Positions 7,095 through 15,785 of a stretch of 33,589 nt of DNA are shown here, piece by piece; positions within the stretch are counted from its first letter, which is position 1; every line of letters begins with the position of its first letter. The stretch lies in the IMG/VR virus record IMGVR_UViG_3300042695_000544, positions 1-33,589 of that record, one strand, 5' to 3'. A program made the position numbers and the translations under genes. Source of the DNA: a virus. Its lineage: Duplodnaviria; Caudoviricetes. Under the pieces are notes generated by a model that was not told the origin of the DNA, ran no database searches, and saw nothing but the letters and a program-made list of their open reading frames with translations.

Positions 7095-8342
7095 TCAGTA
7101 CGCCGACGGCAACTCGTCGATCGCGTCTTCAGCACTCTTAGGAGCCATGCGCGTCGCAGTCGAAGTCCCCTCACCCTGACCGGGTTCCGAGGATCGGACC
7201 TTTCCAACCTTCTTCTCCAACTCCGCCACCTTTTGCTGGAGACGGATTACTCGCAGGCGCTCACGGCCGTAGGCCCGAGCACGTAGTGCAACCTGGGCCT
7301 GAGCCTTAGTAATGAGGTCAACCTTGTCCTCGTAGCCCATGTCAGCATCGACGCCCTCGCCTTTCAGCGCGATTCGGATCAGCCGATCGCTTTCGTCCAG
7401 GAGCTTGTTGCCATCATCGTCACCATCTTCCCTACCGAACAGCTGCGGGTGGCTTTTTTCGTAATCCGAGAACTGCGATTCAAACAGCTCACGCGAACGA
7501 GACTGGCGCCCCTCTACCTGCTTCGATCGCTCAACCTCACGCTGCGCTCCCTTTTCCTTCCATTCAGCGATGGACTTGTCGCGAGACTGAGTGAGTTCGA
7601 GTAACCGGCGGCGGTGAGTCATTATCTCAGGCGCAGCTGCACCAAACATCTCCTGGGCGATAATCGCGGCCTTGGCGACCGGCACGTTCAAGATCGCCAT
7701 GATGTCATGGTGACTGGCGTCGCGCTCAGTGCCATCGGCATCAGTGACGCGGATTCCATCAATATCGCCTAGGGCGGTCTGCCACGCTTCGCGCAGAGGG
7801 GTCTCGTACTTCTGCTTGTACTCACCAGAACGCGTGTAGTTCAGATACCGCACCTCGGTGTCCAGCTCCTCGGCGTTCTTCCGGATGGAATCCATCTCGG
7901 CCTTCAACGACTTGGTAGCCTCTTCGACTTCCTTCCGAGTGCCTTCGGACCTAGCACGCTCAAGCTCAGAGACCTTGGCCGCAAAATCATCGCGCTCCTT
8001 CTTGGTCAGGTCGTACTGCTCACGGAACTGCTTGATAGACGTGGGCTCAGGCTTGGCGGGCTCAGCCTTAGCGGTCGGCGCTGGTTCATCCTTCTTGGGG
8101 GTGAACTTATCGAGGTTAAAGAAATCCTCGTTCTTGGGCTTAGCAAGGTCAGCGGGGGCAGCCGCCTGAACCTCTGGAGCGGATACCGCAGGCGCAGGTG
8201 CTACCTCTTGAGGAGTCTGCTGGGACGGTGATCCCATCGGGTTGTCTAGCCCGCTGCCTTCGATGGCGTCGATTCCTGCAAAGGCGTCAGCGTAATCCGC
8301 CCCGCGATCAGTTGGGGCATCAGGTGATAATAGGATTCTCAT
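7095..8342 (-). CDS. Probable capsid scaffolding protein
   Basis: Acidic, A/P-rich N-terminus, long coiled coil, no Cys, located two genes downstream of the portal. Confidence 0.7.
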   Translation of the reverse strand: MRILLSPDAPTDRGADYADAFAGIDAIEGSGLDNPMGSPSQQTPQEVAPAPAVSAPEVQAAAPADLAKPKNEDFFNLDKFTPKKDEPAPTAKAEPAKPEPTSIKQFREQYDLTKKERDDFAAKVSELERARSEGTRKEVEEATKSLKAEMDSIRKNAEELDTEVRYLNYTRSGEYKQKYETPLREAWQTALGDIDGIRVTDADGTERDASHHDIMAILNVPVAKAAIIAQEMFGAAAPEIMTHRRRLLELTQSRDKSIAEWKEKGAQREVERSKQVEGRQSRSRELFESQFSDYEKSHPQLFGREDGDDDGNKLLDESDRLIRIALKGEGVDADMGYEDKVDLITKAQAQVALRARAYGRERLRVIRLQQKVAELEKKVGKVRSSEPGQGEGTSTATRMAPKSAEDAIDELPSAY

Positions 8343-8596
8343 TCGAGGTTTTGAGTGGTGGTCGGTTTTTCTTTCCGCATCTCTGCAAGCCCGTTGAGTT
8401 CATCAATCAATGCCTTTGCGCCCTGTCTGCGACAGTTTGCATTCCATCCATGTTGAGGATTCTCTGAGGCTGGCAGGTTCCAGCAGAAATTATTGAACGC
8501 AACGAGTAGGGCAGCTTGTAAGTCCTGATTATCCAGGAGGCGCTTAAGCTCGTTGAGGCGCTGTTGGTTTTTTTGAAACTCTTGTTTTGGGGTCAT
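8339..8596 (-). CDS. Small protein between portal and scaffold
   Basis: 85 aa helical, ATGA-coupled at both ends, ...RRQGAKALIDEL. This position is conserved in many podoviruses. Confidence 0.75.
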   Translation of the reverse strand: MTPKQEFQKNQQRLNELKRLLDNQDLQAALLVAFNNFCWNLPASENPQHGWNANCRRQGAKALIDELNGLAEMRKEKPTTTQNLE

Positions 8597-10866
8597 TGGT
8601 TGAGAATATTAGCCTGAGTCTTGAGATCCATGGCAGCAATGTCTGCGCGAGTCAGAGCGCCTTTACGCTGAGCCTCAGCGATCGTGCTAGCATTCTTGCG
8701 CTGCTGATCTTGATCGAACGCGACCTGCTTCTGAGTCCGCTTCTGTTCGGAGTTTGCCGCAGCGATCTGCGACTTGGACTGCGCGGTGATGAGCATCGCC
8801 TGGATCTTCGCAGCGGTCTCGGGATCCATTCCGTTGCCAGCTGCGCCGGCTTCGGCTTGAGCTTGAGCCTGCTCTTGAAGGCGCTGCACGTAGCCCTTGA
8901 TGTAGTTTGAAGCCTGGCCGATGCCGTCGTTGTAGAGCTTGATGTTCTGCTCCTGGCCCGGGTCCTGAGAGATCAACTGGATCTGCTCCTGGATATGCTG
9001 TATCACGTTGGCCAATCCCAGCACGCGATCCATCGTGGTCATGCCGCCACCTTCCTTTTCAATGCGGCCAATGGCGCCACCAAGCATCTGAAGCAGCGTC
9101 TGGATGTACTCGGGGCGATTGAGTGCGCTTGCGATAACGACAGGTTGACCGTCGATAAGCGTGCCCCACGCTAGGGTAGCGCGTTCGACAGCCGGGGAGA
9201 CCGGCTTGTTGTCGATCGGAGCCAAGCGATTTGCCAGGAGGGGATCATCAGTGTTGGCCTCGACATACATGTGCACAACCTCGGCCTGAGAATCCGGAGC
9301 TAGCAGCGGTCGGATAGCCATCAGGCGGTCAGCCTGAGCAATCTCCAGCATCTTGTTGCCGGAACCCATGACGCGCTCGGGCATGATATCCCATGCGTCG
9401 AGGTTGTTCCAGACGGAGGGATCAACACCGTCAGCCTCGCACTTACGACGGAACTGTTTGCAGTCGGGGTGGTCGATCGTGCAGAACCGGCGAGCGATCT
9501 CGCGGTACTGGAAATTCTGCTGCGTGTAGGCGCGTGTAAGCATGGAGCCCATGAGCGCGTTGGCGTTGTTCACGCGAGCCATAACCTCGGTAGCGGTCAG
9601 CTCCTTCGATGATCCGTCATTCACGTCCTGCGTGTAGGCAGCACTCGACTCAGACATGATCTGTCGGTGCATCGCCATAGCGCCAGACAGCATCGGGTAA
9701 TCGACAACGTGACGCTCAGACTGCGGAACCCAGGAGAGGCCCTCGGGAATCACGCCCATGTTCACTAGGTCGATCTTCTCCATCCGTTCCATGTCACCAT
9801 CAGCGACATTACGGAAGAGCCAGAGCATCTGCTCGAAAACGGAGTCGGTGAACTTACAGCGCAGGCGATTCTGGAGGTGGCACACCGCATAAAGCAGGTA
9901 GCCAAGGGAACGCACCGAGTGCCAGCGGAACGGCGGAACCACAGCGCCGTCAGCGAACTGGATGTGCATCAGCTCGAAGATATCCCGGCCGTAGCAGCGG
10001 TCGCCGGCATTGAAGAGCCATTCGCCAGCGGTCTGCATATTACCGATGCCGCTGTTGTACTGGTCAACGATGATGCGGCGGCGCCAGGAAGGATCGTCGC
10101 TGGTCGTGTCTAGGAAGTAGAAATCGTAGCACCGCAGCACCGGAGTCGCATCGGAACCCCAGTAACCAGAGTTCTCCTTGAAGTCTTCCTCAATCTTTTC
10201 AGGGAAGTATTGGCCGGACCAATCGTTCACCTGGAGACTCGATGCCTCGCGCTGGATCATCGCGGCCAACAGCTCGTTCACCAGCTTTAGGTTCCAGCCG
10301 GGATCGACGTTCTCACCGCGAGTCATGCGGATTAGGTCCGCAGCTGTGAAGGAGGTGTAGATCGCGAAGTGCGACATATTCTCCATCGTGGTCAGCGTGT
10401 TCGTAGGAACCAAAATGTCTTCGGTTCCACGAGCCGACGGGCACCATTCACGATCACGTAGCCAAGTCACCGGCCCGATACCGTGCAGAACCGTCGCAGC
10501 AAACTGAGATTCCAAGACCGTGGAATACTTCGGAGATCGCTTCATCACGCGGTTCAACTGCTTCGTGATGATGTTACCCCACTCAGTGCGCTTATCCCGG
10601 GGGCCGGTATCAAGGCCCACAGAAAAGTAATTCTGAGGCTTCAGGAACGCGTTCGTAAACTGCTGGCGTGCCGCATGAATGATGCGCGTACCTTCCAGAA
10701 AGTTGACGTTTGTCTGGATCTTATTGTCGCGAGCCTCCTCTTCGCTGTATGGAGGATTACCGTTAAAGGTAGCGTTAATGCGAGCGCGATTGCGAGAACG
10801 AGGCTGTTCAGCCTCTAGCATCGCACTAACAACATTCCAGACTCTACTTGGTTCTTTGAAACTCAT
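8593..10866 (-). CDS. Portal protein (P22-like, long helical C-terminal barrel)
   Basis: About 757 aa from MSFKEP; TATEV motif (ELTATEVMARVNNANA), Q/A-rich coiled-coil tail; downstream of TerL and upstream of the scaffold. Confidence 0.85.
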   Translation of the reverse strand: MSFKEPSRVWNVVSAMLEAEQPRSRNRARINATFNGNPPYSEEEARDNKIQTNVNFLEGTRIIHAARQQFTNAFLKPQNYFSVGLDTGPRDKRTEWGNIITKQLNRVMKRSPKYSTVLESQFAATVLHGIGPVTWLRDREWCPSARGTEDILVPTNTLTTMENMSHFAIYTSFTAADLIRMTRGENVDPGWNLKLVNELLAAMIQREASSLQVNDWSGQYFPEKIEEDFKENSGYWGSDATPVLRCYDFYFLDTTSDDPSWRRRIIVDQYNSGIGNMQTAGEWLFNAGDRCYGRDIFELMHIQFADGAVVPPFRWHSVRSLGYLLYAVCHLQNRLRCKFTDSVFEQMLWLFRNVADGDMERMEKIDLVNMGVIPEGLSWVPQSERHVVDYPMLSGAMAMHRQIMSESSAAYTQDVNDGSSKELTATEVMARVNNANALMGSMLTRAYTQQNFQYREIARRFCTIDHPDCKQFRRKCEADGVDPSVWNNLDAWDIMPERVMGSGNKMLEIAQADRLMAIRPLLAPDSQAEVVHMYVEANTDDPLLANRLAPIDNKPVSPAVERATLAWGTLIDGQPVVIASALNRPEYIQTLLQMLGGAIGRIEKEGGGMTTMDRVLGLANVIQHIQEQIQLISQDPGQEQNIKLYNDGIGQASNYIKGYVQRLQEQAQAQAEAGAAGNGMDPETAAKIQAMLITAQSKSQIAAANSEQKRTQKQVAFDQDQQRKNASTIAEAQRKGALTRADIAAMDLKTQANILNQ

Positions 10867-10873
10867 ATTGATC

Positions 10874-11266
10874 TCAGATTGCTTTCCGTTCCTGCGAAAT
10901 CCAGCATTTATCAGGCATTTCACGATCGCCTAGGTAACTCAATGGCACCCAGACCTTGAGCTTCAGGTAGCAGCCGCAGACTTCGCAGGTGCCAGCATTA
11001 GACTCACCTTGAAGAATCATAGCCATGTCGTGGCGCAGCTGCTCCTGCTCAATGATAACCTCAGCGACAGTCTTCTCGATCGCGTCTGGCTTCGTTGGTT
11101 TGTTGTGTAGGCAGTGCAGACACGTATCAAGACGATGCTGCGCTACTGAGCGATCAACGGGAATACCGCCATCGCCCAGCCATTCCGCAAGAATCCTTAC
11201 CCCTTGCGCCGTATTTTTAACCCTTTCCACCGCACGAGCGACAGCCTGATACCCTTGGTTGAGCAT
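10874..11266 (-). CDS. Cys-motif (putative Zn-binding) hypothetical protein
   Basis: Start MLNQGY (11266); RLDTCLHC...CEVCGCYLKLKVW...PDKCW. Confidence 0.75.
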   Translation of the reverse strand: MLNQGYQAVARAVERVKNTAQGVRILAEWLGDGGIPVDRSVAQHRLDTCLHCLHNKPTKPDAIEKTVAEVIIEQEQLRHDMAMILQGESNAGTCEVCGCYLKLKVWVPLSYLGDREMPDKCWISQERKAI

Positions 11267-11495
11267 TAGTTTGAGTGGATTGAGTTGTTGTTTGCTGGGG
11301 AAGACGAGCTTTTGTGTAGGCTTCCAAATCACTCACCGCTTTTTCAAATGACGACGGAAGGTGGTTAGCAACCCGGTGCTGCTGGATCAATCGCGCCATC
11401 GAATGAAAATCGTAATTCATCGGGTTTGGCGCGGTCCACTGGGTTGCAGGTTCGTAGAACTGCCATCCACCATTTGGAAACGTGTTGTAACTCAT
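11217..11495 (-). CDS. Hypothetical protein ending in GCRSCGG
   Basis: 92 aa, starts 12 nt after the ssb stop, overlaps the next gene by 50 nt. Confidence 0.7.
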   Translation of the reverse strand: MSYNTFPNGGWQFYEPATQWTAPNPMNYDFHSMARLIQQHRVANHLPSSFEKAVSDLEAYTKARLPQQTTTQSTQTNAQPRVSGCRSCGGKG

Positions 11496-11507
11496 GCGGC
11501 TTGATTT

Positions 11508-11924
11508 TTAAAACGGCAGATCATCGGCGTCGAGATCAGGCTTCGGCGCGGCCGGGGCCTGAGCCCTCGGAGCCGGCGTGGCACCTTCATCACGTCCCTT
11601 AAGGAACTGGAAGGTTTCGATCATAATCCGCGTAGTAGACCGCTTGTCTCCGGTCTTCTTGTCGTCCCACTCTTCCCGGGTCAGGCGCCCTTCAATCATC
11701 AACGGATTACCTTTCCTGACGTATTGAGCGATCGTCTCGGCCTGCTTCCCAAACGCCTTGCACTCAGCAAAGTACACGTCTTCCTTTTCCTCACCAGCCT
11801 CGGTCTTCCAGCGGCGATTCACTGCCAAGCTCAGGTTGCAAACGGCAGTCCCTTTCGGAAGGTACTTGAGTTCTACGTCTCGGGTGAGGTTGCCGATCAG
11901 GATGACTTTGTTGAATGATGCCAT
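11508..11924 (-). CDS. ssb: Single-stranded DNA-binding protein
   Basis: FNKVILIGNLTRDVEL...FGKQAE...IEGRL OB fold; acidic tail DDLPF. Confidence 0.96.
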   Translation of the reverse strand: MASFNKVILIGNLTRDVELKYLPKGTAVCNLSLAVNRRWKTEAGEEKEDVYFAECKAFGKQAETIAQYVRKGNPLMIEGRLTREEWDDKKTGDKRSTTRIMIETFQFLKGRDEGATPAPRAQAPAAPKPDLDADDLPF

Positions 11925-11928
11925 AAGG

Positions 11929-13701
11929 TTAGGAATAGGTTAGCGAATGTTCAGTATCCATCGTGCGACGCTTATCTGACAGACGTGTCAGCCACTTTGG
12001 TGTCTGTCGCTTGACAATACCAACCCCCTGCCCGCCTGCAATCTCAAATCCCGTTCTGCGAGCCATTTCGAGTGCGACCACGAAAGAGTCCCATAAATCA
12101 GGGGATCGGCCCATGCGTTCCTTGGTTTTGTGCTTGGGCTCCACGTCGATCAAACCAGTGCGGGAGATTCCCCATTCGCGCATTGACCCTTCCTCGGCGA
12201 CTTCCCGGGGAAGTTTCCTCAGCTGCTTGGATTCGATCAGCAGGCGCGACGAATACCAAAGGGCCGTGACCATCTTGCCGTAGGCTTCCCGCTCAGTCTT
12301 CGGATCACCTTTCCGAACAGGGCGATCTGTCGGGCGACCGCCAAACTCGATCGGCACCACCTCGGGTGACCACAGGCGGGCGAACGCAGACATCAGCGTG
12401 CCGCGTCCAGTGGAATCGAATCCCACCTGATTAGGCGGAATGTTGCGCTGCTTGCAGTACAGGAGCACGTACTCGGCAATCTGCTCCTCCGCCTGCTGCG
12501 CTTTGACGGCCGTCACAGGGATTACGATCGGGGCCTCAGCAAATGCTAGCACGATGCGTCCAGTGCTGTCCGGGCCGTACTGAAGGTCGATCATAACGCA
12601 TCGGTCACCACCGATGCCTGAGTACGCCGCGTCGATCCCGATGATTCGCGTGATCTTGTCGGCGCCCTGCCACACGATTTCATCGAACGCCTGGTTCTGC
12701 TCACACAGCGACATAGTGACCACGCGCCGCGTACCGCCGTCTCGGGGCAGCAGCCCGAGGTTCATCATCGAGAACTGCAACGAATCTCGGCCGTAGTAAT
12801 CCAAGTCCGCCTGAATCTGCTCCGGAGTGATAATGCCTCGGTACGGATTGGTTCCTTTCGGAAACTTCGCGTTCGGCGTGTCGTACCCGCACAGCTGGAC
12901 AGCAACCCCTCCTGGCGCCCGCGTTCTCCAGGTGCGTGTCTGCTCAAGGTATTCAATGCCTTCCCAGCCGCCCATCGTAGAGTGCGGCTCGCAGACTACC
13001 CCAAGCGCGTCGTTGCGATCCTTGGGATTTCCCATCGCGATCAGCTTAAACTCCGGATTCTTGCGAAGGTTAGCGACTGAATCGAGGAATCCCCGGCTCA
13101 TCAGAGACGCCTCGTCTGCGATTAGCATCACTCGGTCGTTCTTGAGTCCGACGTAGTTCGAGAGACCAACGAACGTGCCGCCGACCTTGCACGCTACGCC
13201 GATGATTCCGTCGCGGAAGTCCTGCGCCTCGGCGTCTTGGTCAGAACTGGTCAGGATAAACCGGCTCTCGATAACGCGCCCAGGAAGCCATTCCCGGCGG
13301 GCCTTGGCCTTGTTGTGCAACTCCTTGATCGAGCCCCAGATTCGCAACTGGAGACCCTCACGCGTCGTTGACGACATGATGATCGAGGTGCCAGTCGGGT
13401 AGATGTAGAACGTGCAGAGCCCGAATGCTGCGGAGGTGTAGGTCTTGCCAGATGATCCTGGGCCCATGATTCCAACCTCTTGATTTTCCGCGAAAGTCTT
13501 GATTAGCAGGTCAGACCAGATGTGCCAATCGAAGTGAGGCCAAAGCGCCGTCATGGCTGCTTTAAAGTGATGATATTTCCCGCATCCGTACTTGACGCCG
13601 CCGGACATTATGTAACCGCCGCGACGAACCATTTCGGCTTCGATGAGAAAGCGGTCTTTTGTACGCCACGGTATAGACAGGTAATCTGGGCTTTCATTCA
13701 T
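11929..13701 (-). CDS. Terminase large subunit
   Basis: Start MNESPD (13701). Walker A GPGSSGKT, Walker B LIADEA, coupling motif MGNP, nuclease motifs GIDAA..GGD, FDSTG, RSPDLWDS. Confidence 0.92.
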   Translation of the reverse strand: MNESPDYLSIPWRTKDRFLIEAEMVRRGGYIMSGGVKYGCGKYHHFKAAMTALWPHFDWHIWSDLLIKTFAENQEVGIMGPGSSGKTYTSAAFGLCTFYIYPTGTSIIMSSTTREGLQLRIWGSIKELHNKAKARREWLPGRVIESRFILTSSDQDAEAQDFRDGIIGVACKVGGTFVGLSNYVGLKNDRVMLIADEASLMSRGFLDSVANLRKNPEFKLIAMGNPKDRNDALGVVCEPHSTMGGWEGIEYLEQTRTWRTRAPGGVAVQLCGYDTPNAKFPKGTNPYRGIITPEQIQADLDYYGRDSLQFSMMNLGLLPRDGGTRRVVTMSLCEQNQAFDEIVWQGADKITRIIGIDAAYSGIGGDRCVMIDLQYGPDSTGRIVLAFAEAPIVIPVTAVKAQQAEEQIAEYVLLYCKQRNIPPNQVGFDSTGRGTLMSAFARLWSPEVVPIEFGGRPTDRPVRKGDPKTEREAYGKMVTALWYSSRLLIESKQLRKLPREVAEEGSMREWGISRTGLIDVEPKHKTKERMGRSPDLWDSFVVALEMARRTGFEIAGGQGVGIVKRQTPKWLTRLSDKRRTMDTEHSLTYS

Positions 13702-13710
13702 CTTGCGGGA

Positions 13711-13739
13711 ATGCTGCTGCGGCCTTTCAATAGGTTCAA
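13711..13739. promoter_or_regulatory. Divergent promoter region between TerL and the tail operon (43-bp gap)
   Basis: Minus strand: TTGAAC(13739)-17-CAGCAT(13716)-9 nt-ATG 13701. Plus strand: TAGGTT (13731-13736) 8 nt before ATG 13745, with no good -35. Confidence 0.5.
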
Positions 13740-13744
13740 GCGTC

Positions 13745-15784
13745 ATGGTCGCAGAAAAAAATCGCATAGTAGATGGCCTCCTCACCGCTGAAGGTGGGGT
13801 GGATAGCGGTTTTTCGCCCTCACTCATTCAACCCAACCAGCTAGCATGGGCGGTGAACACGACAGTGCGCGGAGGATTCCCGAAAGCGCGGCCGGGGATT
13901 TGGACCAAGCTGCTGACGTTTAACGATCCCGCCGTTCTCTACAACGGAGGTTACTACAACGCTGCGGTGCAATCGGCGTTTAAAGAGGGGTTTTTTCAAG
14001 GGTGCGGATCTTACACCAACGACAACGGAGACCCTTACATTTACGCTTCAATCGGAGGCAAAGTCTTCCAGATCGACATAGGAAATAATTTCCTAGTCAC
14101 AGATCAAACTCCGCAAACCAGCACATTTTCCGTAAGCACACGTGGCCGCGTGTCAAATGTTGCGACTTACGTCTGCGGAGCGCCGCATGGATTATTTCCA
14201 GGAATGGTGGTGCGACTTCCGGAGCCTGTTGCAGCAAGTTTTTCCGCAGGATTTTTCGGAGACTTCATTGTCCAGACGATTCCCAGCCCAACAACTTTCA
14301 CGACCTACAGCCCAGGAGTTGATGCTGGACCTCTTTTGGGACCGAATTTCACCGGATATTTGCTAGCGGCAAATAATCCGAATGCGGATCACGTTTACTT
14401 TCAGCAGGCAGAGAACTGGTTAATCATTCAAGACGAGCAGAATGCGCCATATCTCTACGACGGAACTTCGTTTAGACGAGCTGCAAGCAATGAGGTTCCC
14501 GTTGGAGGCCCGATGGCTTACGGAAAAGGCCGGCTCTGGGTTGCCAATGGATCGGAATACTACGGCGGAGACCTAGTCTACGGCGATCCTGCTTTTGGTC
14601 GAGACAGCGTGATTCGATTTACGGAAAACACGTTCATCAATGAAGGCGGCGCCTTTGCGGTCTCAAACGGTCCGATTACAGGGCTGGCATTCGCGGCCAA
14701 CCTGGACACGTCCCTTGGCGACGGCGACCTGCTGGTGTTCACCCCGACCGCCACTTACGCGTTCAACGCGCCTGTGGACCGGGATGTTTGGAAGGATCTC
14801 AGTTATCCTATCCAGCGATTTGCACTCCTGAACTTCGGATCGTTCAACCACGAATCCATCGTGCCGGTAAACGGTGATCTTTTCTTCCGTGCTCAGGACG
14901 GTATTCGCTCGTTGATCTACGCCAGGCGCGACTTTACTGAGCTTGGAAATACTCCGATCAGCCGACAAGTGACCCGTGCGTTGGCTTACGACACGGATTT
15001 TTACCTGACGGCTGCTAGCTCCGTGAACTTTGACAATCGGATGCTGATGACCATTCAGCCTCAGAAGGTCAACAACCGAGGTATCGTACACCGAGGGGTC
15101 GTAGTGCTGGACTTTGATCTGGTCTCGGGCATAGGCAGAAAACTCCCGCCGGCATGGGAGGGAGTCTGGACTGGAGTCGATGTGTTCCAGATGCTGACGA
15201 TCCGAATCCAGAAGCAAGAACGCTGCTTTATGTTTGGACTGAATCAAGGGGACATCGGTCTTTTTGAAGTCACGAAGAACGGCCAGTTTGATTTCGATGG
15301 GTTCGATGATGTACCGATCGACTGGACCATTGAGACCCGCTCACTGACGTTTGGTGAACCTACAAACAAGAAGCGCCTTGTTAGCGCCGAGCAGTGGTAC
15401 GACCAGGTGATGGGCAATATCGAAGCTAAGGTCTACTTCAAGGCTAACGAGGGCGAGTGCTGGCAACCATGGGCTGAGATTAAAGACTGCGCCAAGTACC
15501 GCAACTGCGAGCCAGGCGAGATTTCCTGCCCTCCTGCGGTGATTAACTGCCAAGAGGTTAAATACTACCAGCCTCCAGCCAGATCGCGAATTGCCCTCCC
15601 ACAGCCTCCGGACAAGTGTGACGTGCAGACCGGCGGATTTACCCGCGATGGCTATGAGTTCCAGTTGCGCTACGTGAACACTGGCCGCTTCCGACTCAAG
15701 CGCGTGGCGATGGTTGCCCAGCGACTCCAAGAGGATATTTACGGCGACCTCAGCCGCGTCGCCTGCCCGTTACTCTCCGAATAG
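13745..15784 (+). CDS. Tail nozzle / packaged-DNA stabilisation protein (P22 gp10 / T7 gp12-like)
   Basis: Start MVAEKN. Beta-propeller-like composition (GRLWVA, DLFFRAQDGIRSL, PISRQV) and size; carries one inserted HGL..G repeat and a Cys-rich C-terminus. Confidence 0.75.
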   Translation: MVAEKNRIVDGLLTAEGGVDSGFSPSLIQPNQLAWAVNTTVRGGFPKARPGIWTKLLTFNDPAVLYNGGYYNAAVQSAFKEGFFQGCGSYTNDNGDPYIYASIGGKVFQIDIGNNFLVTDQTPQTSTFSVSTRGRVSNVATYVCGAPHGLFPGMVVRLPEPVAASFSAGFFGDFIVQTIPSPTTFTTYSPGVDAGPLLGPNFTGYLLAANNPNADHVYFQQAENWLIIQDEQNAPYLYDGTSFRRAASNEVPVGGPMAYGKGRLWVANGSEYYGGDLVYGDPAFGRDSVIRFTENTFINEGGAFAVSNGPITGLAFAANLDTSLGDGDLLVFTPTATYAFNAPVDRDVWKDLSYPIQRFALLNFGSFNHESIVPVNGDLFFRAQDGIRSLIYARRDFTELGNTPISRQVTRALAYDTDFYLTAASSVNFDNRMLMTIQPQKVNNRGIVHRGVVVLDFDLVSGIGRKLPPAWEGVWTGVDVFQMLTIRIQKQERCFMFGLNQGDIGLFEVTKNGQFDFDGFDDVPIDWTIETRSLTFGEPTNKKRLVSAEQWYDQVMGNIEAKVYFKANEGECWQPWAEIKDCAKYRNCEPGEISCPPAVINCQEVKYYQPPARSRIALPQPPDKCDVQTGGFTRDGYEFQLRYVNTGRFRLKRVAMVAQRLQEDIYGDLSRVACPLLSE

Positions 15785-15785
15785 T

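Noticed and set aside
13702-13827. Apparent head-to-head overlap of TerL and nozzle ORFs in the ORF track
   Set aside because: Artefact of longest-ORF starts. ATGs at 13701 (-) and 13745 (+) give a clean 43-bp divergent gap.
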